Shown here: in pieces, positions 35,707 through 43,527 of the stretch
How the letters are laid out: every line of letters begins with the position of its first letter
Position numbering within the stretch: the stretch's first letter is position 1
Assembly: GCA_043815445.1 (NCBI GenBank)
Contig: JBDRIY010000090.1
Coordinates: forward strand, 1 to 56,209
Origin: Candidatus Omnitrophota bacterium
GTDB lineage: Bacteria; Omnitrophota; Gorgyraeia; Duberdicusellales; 4484-171
Reading direction: 5' to 3'
Length of the DNA: 56,209 bases
The notes under the pieces: model-generated
The model's database searches: none
What the model was told of the DNA's origin: nothing
Seen by the model: the letters and a program-made list of their open reading frames with translations, nothing else
Program-made: the position numbers and the translations under genes

Positions 35707-36504
35707 ATGGAGATAATTGATTTAAGTTTAGCGATTGATGATACCGCTTTTGAAGTTCATAATTTGGAAATTGAGCGCGTATCGCATAAAGAGGGCGTAG
35801 AAAAGCTTAATAAAGTTTTAATGAGCAAAACTTCTGAAGGTAAGAAAGAGTATCTTGCTGGAAAAAGGATAATAAAAAAAGAAGATTTACCTGATGAGGA
35901 ATTTTTATCTTTAGAAATTGTTCATTCTCCAGTCCATATTGGAACCCACCTAGATTATTCTTTTCACTATGGTAGTAAATCCCAGGGAAGGCCTTCAAAA
36001 ACAGCTGATCAAATACCTTTGGAACGGTGCTATCGGGAGGGAGTTAAAATAAATTTAACTCATAAGAGCCCTGAGGAAGTTATTACAGCTGAAGATATAA
36101 AACAAGGCTTAAATAAAATAAATTATAATCTTAAGCCCGAAGACATAGTTCTTTTATGGACTGGGTCAGATAAGCTTTTTGGCCGGCCTGAGTATTTTTC
36201 AGATTATCCAGGGGTTGATATTTCAGCCATAGATTATTTGCTGGATAAAGAAATTAAGATTTTTGGAGTAGATACTATGGGTATAGACCGGCCTTATAAG
36301 TTTATGATGGCTGAGTTTTTAAAAACAAAAAATACCAAAGTGCTTTGGCCCGCTCATTTTTACGGAAGAAAAAGGGAATTCATACATATAGAAAGGTTGG
36401 CCAATTTAGAAAGTTTGCCCGATTATGGTTTTAAAATAGCCTGTTTTCCGGTGAAGATAAGGAAAACTGGGGCGGCTTGGGCTAGAGTTGTGGGGATGGT
36501 GTAA
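35707..36504 (+). CDS. cyclase-family protein (PF04199-like; kynurenine formamidase / polyketide cyclase fold)
   Basis: HSPVHIGTHLDYSFH matches the HxGTHxD metal motif. About 265 aa. Confidence 0.7.
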   Translation: MEIIDLSLAIDDTAFEVHNLEIERVSHKEGVEKLNKVLMSKTSEGKKEYLAGKRIIKKEDLPDEEFLSLEIVHSPVHIGTHLDYSFHYGSKSQGRPSKTADQIPLERCYREGVKINLTHKSPEEVITAEDIKQGLNKINYNLKPEDIVLLWTGSDKLFGRPEYFSDYPGVDISAIDYLLDKEIKIFGVDTMGIDRPYKFMMAEFLKTKNTKVLWPAHFYGRKREFIHIERLANLESLPDYGFKIACFPVKIRKTGAAWARVVGMV

Positions 36505-36512
36505 AGGAAAAT

Positions 36513-36591
36513 CAATTAGCAATTTTCAATTAGCATTTAGCAGTTTAAAATGAAAGAGAAGAAATATAAAGAAATTGATAACTGCTAATTG
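36513..36591. repeat. intergenic hairpin, CAATTAGCA / TGCTAATTG words
   Basis: caattagca x2 plus tttagcag on the left, ctgctaattg on the right. Confidence 0.8.
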
Positions 36592-36627
36592 TATATTTTG
36601 CATTGCGAGCAAAGCGGGGAGGAGGAT

Positions 36628-37053
36628 ATGGCGCACACTGTAAATTCAATAGTTATCAATGCTTCTTACGGCAAGGTATTTGATATGAGCAATGATATTT
36701 CTTTGTGGAAGGAGTTTTTTGAGGAATATACAGGGTCGGATGTTTTAGAAAAAATTGATAATAAAATTATTTTTAAACTTACTCATCAAAACGGAAATAG
36801 CTGGAAGTCTTACCGTTTACTTTTTAAAGAAGATAAGTTTGCTTATGCTTCAAGGATAGAACCGATGTTCCCTTTTGAATATATGAAAATTATCTGGCTT
36901 TATAGAGAAGTTGAAGCCGGAATTGAAATGACCTGGATTCAGGACTTTAAAATGGACAAAAACGCTAAATTTAACGATACTCAAGTAGAAGAGATGATAA
37001 ATAAACACTCTAAAGATAACCTAATAAGATTCAAAGAAATAATCGAAAAATAG
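36628..37053 (+). CDS. TcmN/WhiE-ORFVI-type polyketide aromatase/cyclase (SRPBCC)
   Basis: Start trimmed to MAHTVNS behind GGAGGAGG. HTVNSIVINASYGKVFDMSNDISLWKEFF.., FPFEYMKIIWLYREVEAGIEMTWIQDFKMD, INKHSKDNLIRFKEIIE parallel mono-domain ARO/CYC sequences as I recall them. Confidence 0.75.
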   Translation: MAHTVNSIVINASYGKVFDMSNDISLWKEFFEEYTGSDVLEKIDNKIIFKLTHQNGNSWKSYRLLFKEDKFAYASRIEPMFPFEYMKIIWLYREVEAGIEMTWIQDFKMDKNAKFNDTQVEEMINKHSKDNLIRFKEIIEK

Positions 37054-37068
37054 CAGCGCAACACCTGC

Positions 37069-37134
37069 CTGATTACAACCCCGGAGGTTGTAATCTGGCG
37101 CAATTACAATTACAACCTCCGGGGTTGTAATCAG
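37069..37134. repeat. perfect 26-bp inverted repeat with nested palindromes
   Basis: ctgattacaaccccggaggttgtaat (37069-37094) is the exact reverse complement of 37109-37134. Each arm is itself attacaacc/ggttgtaat. Confidence 0.9.
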
Positions 37135-37139
37135 GGATT

Positions 37140-38276
37140 ATGGTTAGGAAGAATTTTTTTGTTTTTTGCTTGATGTTTTTTGCTCTTTCTTTTGGGGTGG
37201 CGGCTATGGCTGCTTTGGTGCCTTCTCTGGCAGTTTCTTTTAAAGTGCCGCTTCATTCCGCTCAAAGGCTTACTTGGCTTTATATGCTTCCTTATGGATT
37301 GTTTGCCCTTGTCTGGGCGCCTTTAACCAGAGTGGTTAAAGTTAAAAAACTGCTTTTTTTTGCTGCTTTGGGGTATTGTTTTTCCACGCTTTTATTTAGT
37401 CTTTCTTCTAATATAAATCAGGCTTATCTTTTTAGGTTTCTTATGGGAATTTTTGGCTGTGGTTTTGTCCCCGTAGTTTTGATTACTATAGGTAAATCTG
37501 TTTCTTCGGAGAAAAAAGCAAAATATATAGGTATATTTTTCGCAGTTTCTTATATTTCTACCTTGATAAGTGTTTTTTTAAGCGGTTTTGTTAATTGGCG
37601 GATAATTTATTTTATACCAGCCTTGCTAAGCGCGGTTGTAATTATTTTTATTTCAAGCCATCTTCATGATTTCGATTTTAGAATGGAAAAATTTAAGTTA
37701 AGCTATTTTGATACTTTTAAAGATAAGCAGGCAGCTAGATTTTTTCTAGTAATTATGTTAGCTAGTTTTCTTTATCACAGTCTTCAACAGCGCTTAGGCG
37801 TATATCTGAGCTCTGAATACAGCCTTTCTCAAATGGTTATAAGCTCTATTCTTACAGTAGGCGCTTTTTACGCTATAAGTTTTGAGTTTATGGGAGGCTT
37901 TTTAAGCAAACGTTTCGGTAATATTGGAATTAGCCGTAGTGGTTTTATTATGATGAGTATATTTATTTTATTTTTATTATTTATTAAAAATTATCCTATG
38001 ATATTTTGGGTTGTTGGTTTATGGGGAGCGGGCTGGGCTTTAACTCATATTGGGCTTTCTTCTCACTTGGCTGATTTTCCCGATAAAATTTTGTGCGATG
38101 CCTCGGGCTTAAACAGCTCTTTACGATTTAGCTTTGGCGGCTTAGGGTCTTTATGCGGAGGGTTTATTGTTTCATTAGTAGGGTTTAAAGCACATTTTTT
38201 AATTGTAGGTATATCTATATTCTTGTTGGGATTTTATTTGAATAGGATAATTACTGTTAAGGATCCTGGATACTAG
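37140..38276 (+). CDS. MFS-type transporter
   Basis: 378 aa, about 12 hydrophobic segments arranged 6+6 with a central loop. Confidence 0.7.
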   Translation: MVRKNFFVFCLMFFALSFGVAAMAALVPSLAVSFKVPLHSAQRLTWLYMLPYGLFALVWAPLTRVVKVKKLLFFAALGYCFSTLLFSLSSNINQAYLFRFLMGIFGCGFVPVVLITIGKSVSSEKKAKYIGIFFAVSYISTLISVFLSGFVNWRIIYFIPALLSAVVIIFISSHLHDFDFRMEKFKLSYFDTFKDKQAARFFLVIMLASFLYHSLQQRLGVYLSSEYSLSQMVISSILTVGAFYAISFEFMGGFLSKRFGNIGISRSGFIMMSIFILFLLFIKNYPMIFWVVGLWGAGWALTHIGLSSHLADFPDKILCDASGLNSSLRFSFGGLGSLCGGFIVSLVGFKAHFLIVGISIFLLGFYLNRIITVKDPGY

Positions 38277-38328
38277 ACCCTGGATTCTTGTGAAAAAACT
38301 AATATTGAAAATCAAGGAGAGGAGAGGT

Positions 38329-39096
38329 ATGAGTAATTTAGAAGGAAAAGTTTGTGTTGTCACCGGCGCCAGCGGAGGGATTGGAAAAGTTATCGTTGAA
38401 AAGCTTGCTAAAGAAGGGATGAATTTAGTTCTTGCCGCGCGCAGGCAGGAGGTTTTAGAAGAGATAAAAAACAGCTTGTCGGAAAAGGATAAGGTTTTAT
38501 GTGTTAAATGTGATGTCACTAAACAGGCGGATTTGGAAAATTTAGTTAATAAAACTTTAGAGAAGTTTAAGAAAATAGATATTTTGATAAATGGAGCCGG
38601 AGTTTCCAGCCAGCATCCGTTTTGGAGCCAGCCTTTGGAAGACATTGAAAAAATTATGTATACTAATTATTACAGTTATGTGATGCTTAGCCGTTTGGTT
38701 GTTAACCCTATGAAAGAACAGGGAGGCGGCCATATTATTAATATTACCAGCGGTTCAGTTATGGTTGACCCGCCCCCACGCAATTTCATAGTTTATACCT
38801 CGTTAAAGGTAGCTTTACGGGCATTTGCCAAAGGGCTTTTCTGGGAAATGAGAGATTTCGGAATAAAGGTAACTTCAATTTTCCCCGGTGTGACAAGAAC
38901 TCCTTTAACCGGAAAGTTAAAAGAAGTATCTGAAAAAGGCGACAGGCTTATGGAACCCGAACCAATAGCAGACACAGTCCTGTTTGCCCTAAATCAGCCA
39001 AAAAACACAAATCCCTTAGAGTTAGCAGTAATAAATCAACAAACCCCCTGGACTAAGCCGGTTATTCCCTTTAAGCAGAATCATCCGGAGGAGTGA
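38329..39096 (+). CDS. short-chain dehydrogenase/reductase (candidate PKS ketoreductase)
   Basis: Start trimmed to MSNLEGKVCVVTGASGGIGK. NGAG. YTSLK (YxxxK). Confidence 0.85.
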   Translation: MSNLEGKVCVVTGASGGIGKVIVEKLAKEGMNLVLAARRQEVLEEIKNSLSEKDKVLCVKCDVTKQADLENLVNKTLEKFKKIDILINGAGVSSQHPFWSQPLEDIEKIMYTNYYSYVMLSRLVVNPMKEQGGGHIINITSGSVMVDPPPRNFIVYTSLKVALRAFAKGLFWEMRDFGIKVTSIFPGVTRTPLTGKLKEVSEKGDRLMEPEPIADTVLFALNQPKNTNPLELAVINQQTPWTKPVIPFKQNHPEE

Positions 39097-39104
39097 GCAA
39101 AAAT

Positions 39105-39230
39105 TATACCTGATAAGGAGCAAATATAGAATTTTTACACCTCATAGGGTGTAGTCACATTTAATTTACACCTTAAAGGGTATAAAATTTATAAAAACTT
39201 ATTGAAATTATACCCGATATGTGTTATATT
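39105..39230 (+). promoter_or_regulatory. hipBST promoter with four TAYACC-N6-GGTRTA operator-like palindromes
   Basis: Strong sites 39136-39153 (TACACC tcatag GGTGTA) and 39167-39184 (TACACC ttaaag GGTATA). Degenerate sites 39105-39122 and 39209-39226. TTGAAA (39202-39207), 17 nt, TATATT (39225-39230). Confidence 0.55.
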
Positions 39231-39239
39231 TGAATTGTT

Positions 39240-39509
39240 ATGAAACAAGAAAGTTTACGTCAATATATGTTAGGTATTTCTTCTCAAGTGAAGAGTTTGC
39301 GAAGAAAGAACGGCTTGACTCAGGTTGAATTTGCTAAGCGAGCAGGAGTTGGTTTGCGTTTTTTAAGGGAGTTTGAGCAAGGAAAGACAACTGTCCGAAT
39401 GGATAAACTTATGCAGGTTTTAGATTTCTTGGGATATTGTTTAGAGCTAAAGAGAAGGGGCGAACTGCAGTATATGCAGTATACTGCAATAAATACCGAA
39501 CGTCAGTGA
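39240..39509 (+). CDS. hipB: XRE-family HTH protein, HipB-like
   Basis: LRRKNGLTQVEFAKRAGVGLRFLREFEQGK. First gene of a three-gene hip module. Confidence 0.75.
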   Translation: MKQESLRQYMLGISSQVKSLRRKNGLTQVEFAKRAGVGLRFLREFEQGKTTVRMDKLMQVLDFLGYCLELKRRGELQYMQYTAINTERQ

Positions 39510-39529
39510 AGATTTTTTTATAGATTTTT

Positions 39530-39853
39530 ATGGAGATTTCAAGAAAGGCAAAAGTTTTTTATAAAGATGAGTTAGCGGGGCGTATAATTGAAACTCCGGA
39601 TGGATATACTTTTCAATATGATCCGGAATTTTTAAAGAAGAATATTTTTATTTCAATATCTTTACCTCCTAGAGAAGAGCTGTATCATTCAAAGGAATTA
39701 TTTACTTTTTTTAAAGGGCTTCTTCCCGAAGGCTGGTATTTAGATATTGTATGCGCGGTACAGAAGGTTGATAGTAAAGATTCTTTTGGTGTATTATTAG
39801 CCTGCGCCAGCGGTGATACCATTGGCGCGGTTACTGTAGTGAGAGAGGAATAA
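39530..39853 (+). CDS. hipS: HipA N-terminal-subdomain-only protein, HipS-like
   Basis: 107 aa. VFYKDELAGRI..GYTFQYD..ISLPP..FFKGLLPEGW..GDTIGAVTV is the HipA N-terminal (couple_hipA) pattern. Confidence 0.75.
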   Translation: MEISRKAKVFYKDELAGRIIETPDGYTFQYDPEFLKKNIFISISLPPREELYHSKELFTFFKGLLPEGWYLDIVCAVQKVDSKDSFGVLLACASGDTIGAVTVVREE

Positions 39854-39858
39854 TAAAA

Positions 39859-40719
39859 ATGGACGAGAAATTTCTTAAAGAGATGTTTAATTCTTCTAAG
39901 CTTCCCAGCGTAGATTTTAATTTAGGAGATGTATCTCAAGAAGCACAAAAGCTTACCGGAAAACTTTCCATTTCCGGAGTTCAGCCCAAGTTGTCTGTTA
40001 AACTAGACAAGAAGCAAAATATTTTGATTCCTGTGACTAAAGGCGGAGAGTATATTTTAAAACCGCAAATTTTTACTTTTCCTAATATTCCCGAAAATGA
40101 GCAATGTTGTATGGATATTGCCGAAGAATTAGGCGTAGATATCCCGCCACATTGTTTAATTGCCTTAAAAGACGGTAGTTTTGCTTATTTGGTTAAGAGG
40201 TTTGACCGAGAGAAGAATATAAAATTCCATCAGGAAAGTTTCGCCCAAATTCTTCAACAACCAGATAAATATAAAGGTTCAGTAGAACAAATAGGCAGAA
40301 AGCTTGAAACAATGCCTTCAGTTCCGGGCTATGATATTCAATTATTTTTTGAAAGAGTTGTTTTTAACTTTATTATTGGTAACGGCGACGCTCATTTAAA
40401 AAATTATTCAGTTTCTTATAAAGATAAGGATATTCGTTTATCGCCTGCTTACGATATTGTATGCTCAAAATTAGTTATTCCTGATGAGGAAGATTCAGCT
40501 ATAAATATTAACGGAAAAAAGAACAAACTACAAAGAGAAGATTTTGACAGCTTAGCCGAATACCTAAACATTCCCGCGGAAGTTCGCTATGAAAAATTTG
40601 AGAATAAATTTGATACTATGAAAAAAATAATAGAGGCTTCTAAGATTAATAAAGAAAAACAACAGCGGTTTATTGAAATAGTAAAAGAAAGATTAAGCCG
40701 TTTAAGATTGGCAGAATAG
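39859..40719 (+). CDS. hipT: HipA-like Ser/Thr kinase lacking the N-terminal subdomain, HipT-like toxin
   Basis: Gly-rich loop LSISGVQPKLSV. Catalytic GNGDAHLKNYS. SPAYDIV. Confidence 0.8.
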   Translation: MDEKFLKEMFNSSKLPSVDFNLGDVSQEAQKLTGKLSISGVQPKLSVKLDKKQNILIPVTKGGEYILKPQIFTFPNIPENEQCCMDIAEELGVDIPPHCLIALKDGSFAYLVKRFDREKNIKFHQESFAQILQQPDKYKGSVEQIGRKLETMPSVPGYDIQLFFERVVFNFIIGNGDAHLKNYSVSYKDKDIRLSPAYDIVCSKLVIPDEEDSAININGKKNKLQREDFDSLAEYLNIPAEVRYEKFENKFDTMKKIIEASKINKEKQQRFIEIVKERLSRLRLAE

Positions 40720-40737
40720 GAATAACAAAATTATTTT

Positions 40738-40763
40738 CTCCCCCTTTGGAAAAGGGGGATTTA
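40738..40763 (+). terminator. stem-loop terminator candidate after hipT
   Basis: ctccccc ttt ggaaaa ggggga ttt. Confidence 0.4.
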
Positions 40764-40806
40764 GGGGGATTTTATATTTAGAGTTTGAGAATAGGAGGGT
40801 AAATGT

Positions 40807-42267
40807 ATGAAGATTTTGTTTGTATCACCGAATTTGGGGGCTTGGGCTACTCATGGGGAGCATCGGGCTCCTAATCAGCTTTATGCTCAGTGGGCGGCTT
40901 ATATTAGGGAAAAAGGGTTTAATGATTTAGAGGTTTTAGATTGCAAGGCTTGGGCTATTCCTATGGACCAAATGGTTGAGCAGATTCAAAAGAAAAATCC
41001 CGATGTTGTTGTTTTAGGAGATATGCTTCATTCCTACGGCGGGTTTGCCATACTTTGGTATTTTAATGAAGCAGCTTCGCGTATTAAACAGGCCTCGCCC
41101 AATACAAAGATTATTGTTGGAGGGCTTTGGTACTCTGCAATGCCGGTACATACATTAAAGAAAAATCCGGCTATTGATTACGCGGTTATGGGTGAAGAAG
41201 AAGCTTTTTTTGATTTAATTCGCGCTATTGATAGAGGAAAAAAAATTGAAGGTATTCCCGGAGTAACTTCTCGTGTAAACGGTGAGCCTAAAATGGGCCC
41301 CCACAGGCCTCTTTTAATGGATTTAGATAGTTTGCCTTTACCGGCTTATGATTTATTTCCTATGGATAAATATGTTGGCCATACTCATTGGAAGCCGTTT
41401 GTTGAAATGGTAACTTCAAGAGGCTGTCCCTCAGCCTGCACATTCTGTTATGAATGGGATCAGTATGATCCTCGCCATCCGGAAGATTTTCTTAAATGGA
41501 GGGCCAAGTCTCCGGAAAGAGTAATTGAAGAGTTAGAACTTTTGCACACTAAGTTTGGGACTAAGGTTGTGGTTATTCAAGATGATAACTTTAATGTTGA
41601 CCCGGTTCGAGTTGAAAAGTTCTGTAACTTAAAAAAGGAAAAAAATATTCCCATTAAGTGGGTTTCTTTGGGAAGAGCGGTTGACTGGATTAACTGTGAG
41701 CATATTCTTCCTTTAATGAAAGAAACGGGTTTATTCACGGGAGTGTTTGGAATTGAAGTTACTACAGCTGAAGAACTTAAGAAAATAGCCAAAGGAATAA
41801 CCATTGAGCAGATAAAAAAGACTATTGAGATTTTAAGAAAGAACGATATTGCAGTAGTTGCCGATATCATGATGGGGTTCGACTATGACAATGAAAAAAT
41901 AGTTAAAGAAAGATTTGAGTTTACTGATGAAGTTGACCCGGACATTTTATGGGTAGGTTATGTTACTCCCGCGCCAAACTCTCCAATGTGGAGGATAGGA
42001 ATGAAAAAGGGCTGGATTAATCCGGATAAAATCGATTTTCTTAAGTGGGACTTTTTGCACCCGGTTATGCCTACGGATAATCTTACGATTGAAGATTTGG
42101 GAAGGCTTGGCGCTTGGTGTATGAGAGAGTTTTTCTCAAAGCCCGGAAGAGTGCAGAGAATTTTAACCAGTAACTTTGACCCCTTGGCTAAGTTGTGTTT
42201 TCAGGATGTTATGAAAGGAGTTACGAAGTGGGAAGAAGGGGCTGTTAAGGGGGAGAAACATATATAA
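40807..42267 (+). CDS. B12-binding-domain radical SAM enzyme
   Basis: The N-terminal Rossmann-like B12 domain resembles class B rSAM enzymes. CxxxCxxC in TSRGCPSACTFCYE. Confidence 0.85.
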   Translation: MKILFVSPNLGAWATHGEHRAPNQLYAQWAAYIREKGFNDLEVLDCKAWAIPMDQMVEQIQKKNPDVVVLGDMLHSYGGFAILWYFNEAASRIKQASPNTKIIVGGLWYSAMPVHTLKKNPAIDYAVMGEEEAFFDLIRAIDRGKKIEGIPGVTSRVNGEPKMGPHRPLLMDLDSLPLPAYDLFPMDKYVGHTHWKPFVEMVTSRGCPSACTFCYEWDQYDPRHPEDFLKWRAKSPERVIEELELLHTKFGTKVVVIQDDNFNVDPVRVEKFCNLKKEKNIPIKWVSLGRAVDWINCEHILPLMKETGLFTGVFGIEVTTAEELKKIAKGITIEQIKKTIEILRKNDIAVVADIMMGFDYDNEKIVKERFEFTDEVDPDILWVGYVTPAPNSPMWRIGMKKGWINPDKIDFLKWDFLHPVMPTDNLTIEDLGRLGAWCMREFFSKPGRVQRILTSNFDPLAKLCFQDVMKGVTKWEEGAVKGEKHI

Positions 42268-42287
42268 AGATACGTGATACGTTGAAG

Positions 42288-42376
42288 GGTTGCGTAGCTG
42301 GAAACGGGTGTCGTCAATCGTTGAACGTATTTTCAAACGCAACCGTAAGACGGTTTACGTTTCGAGCTACGCAACC
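42288..42376. repeat. intergenic hairpin with a 19-bp stem (1 mismatch)
   Basis: ggttgcgtagctggaaacg (42288-42306) pairs with cgtttcgagctacgcaacc (42358-42376). Confidence 0.85.
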
Positions 42377-42392
42377 GAATAACGAATTATTT

Positions 42393-43283
42393 ATGTTATG
42401 TGACGCGCATATTCATTATATTCCTCAGGAATTGTCGGTTTATACTGCTTTTTATAAAGGAGTGTGGGCGGATAAGAATAAGCTTTATGAGTTTTTGGAT
42501 GAACATAAGATAGCCAAAGCTTTGTTAGTTTATCCTTCTACAGGCGCGCAAAGCAAACTGGGAAGTTTTGCCGCAGTCTGCCGGATGTATAATATTGCTT
42601 TAGAAAAAGTCTTAAAAGAAAATTCTAAAATAGTTGCTGCGGCTCTGGTGGATATAGATAATTTATACGGTGTTGCTGCGCAGGTTAAAGAGTTTAAGGA
42701 AAAAGGGTTCAAAGCAGTAAGCATTGCTTCCAGTTATCATGGCAAATTTATTGTTAATAAGCTAATTCCTTTGTTTGAGGCTGCTCAGGATAATAATTTT
42801 CCTATTTTTGTTCATCCTCAGGTTATTAACCCTATTGGTTTTGGCCGGGTGGATGATCCTTTGCTTATGCCGGTTTTAGAATACAGCTTTGATATTTCAA
42901 TGTTTTTGGGGTTGTTAATGATGGAAGGCATTTTAGAAAAGTTTAAGGTAAAGTTTATTTTTTCCTCTTTAGGCGGGGTAGCGCCCTTTTTAAAGGATAG
43001 GTTTGACCGGGTTTATATGATGCTTAGGAGGAGAGAACTGGTAAAGGATTTAGGTAAGCCGCCTTCTCAGATTCTAAAAAATGTATATGTAGATACTTCG
43101 GGGTCGCCTTTGAAGAATATTGAGCTGGCTTTGGATTTGTTTGGGGAGGATAAGATTCTCTGGGGGTCGGATTATCCGGTTAATGGGCTGGTTGGGGAGA
43201 ATTTAAAGATGCTGGATGGTTTGGGCAAAGATATAAAAGAAAAGATTATTGGTAAGAATTTTTTGAATCTATTTTTGGATTAA
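42393..43283 (+). CDS. amidohydrolase_2-family metal-dependent hydrolase/decarboxylase
   Basis: Start trimmed to MLCDAHIHYIP (HxH). FVHPQ. WGSDYP. Confidence 0.7.
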   Translation: MLCDAHIHYIPQELSVYTAFYKGVWADKNKLYEFLDEHKIAKALLVYPSTGAQSKLGSFAAVCRMYNIALEKVLKENSKIVAAALVDIDNLYGVAAQVKEFKEKGFKAVSIASSYHGKFIVNKLIPLFEAAQDNNFPIFVHPQVINPIGFGRVDDPLLMPVLEYSFDISMFLGLLMMEGILEKFKVKFIFSSLGGVAPFLKDRFDRVYMMLRRRELVKDLGKPPSQILKNVYVDTSGSPLKNIELALDLFGEDKILWGSDYPVNGLVGENLKMLDGLGKDIKEKIIGKNFLNLFLD

Positions 43284-43313
43284 TTATTATCGGTGCCGGC
43301 TGGAATGGTTTTA

Positions 43314-43355
43314 AAAAGCCAGAAAAAGTTCTTTCACTAGACGCAATTTTTGCCT
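43314..43355 (+). repeat. dispersed repeat family A, copy 2
   Basis: aaaagccagaaaaagttctttcactagacgcaatttttgcct. See 25379-25419. Confidence 0.85.
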
Positions 43356-43364
43356 GTGGCACAT

Positions 43365-43444
43365 AAAAAAATACCTAAAAGCACATAACTCGTCTCGGCT
43401 TGGCCGAGACTCAAACAAATGTGCTTTTTTAACGGTATTTTTTT
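43365..43444. repeat. 80-nt three-tier hairpin
   Basis: aaaaaaatacc/ggtattttttt (11 bp), aaaagcacat/atgtgctttt (10 bp), gtctcggc/gccgagac (8 bp). Confidence 0.85.
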
Positions 43445-43527
43445 ATTAAAAATTGCTATATCGTTCAAGAACCTTTTCCGTCTTTTTAAAACGTTTGAGG
43501 CAGGAATGTAGAGATGTTTTAAACAAT

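Noticed and set aside
28015-39096. The cluster interpreted as an aryl-polyene (APE)-type cluster.
   Set aside because: APE clusters, as I know them, carry FabZ-like dehydratases, two ACPs, LolA-like and MMPL-type export genes and no TcmN-type ARO/CYC. Here no dehydratase is present and two cyclase types are. A KS phylogeny is still needed.
43351-43362. TGGCAC at 43356-43361, considered as a sigma54 -24 element.
   Set aside because: There is no TTGC -12 element at the required spacing downstream, and no enhancer-binding protein gene nearby.
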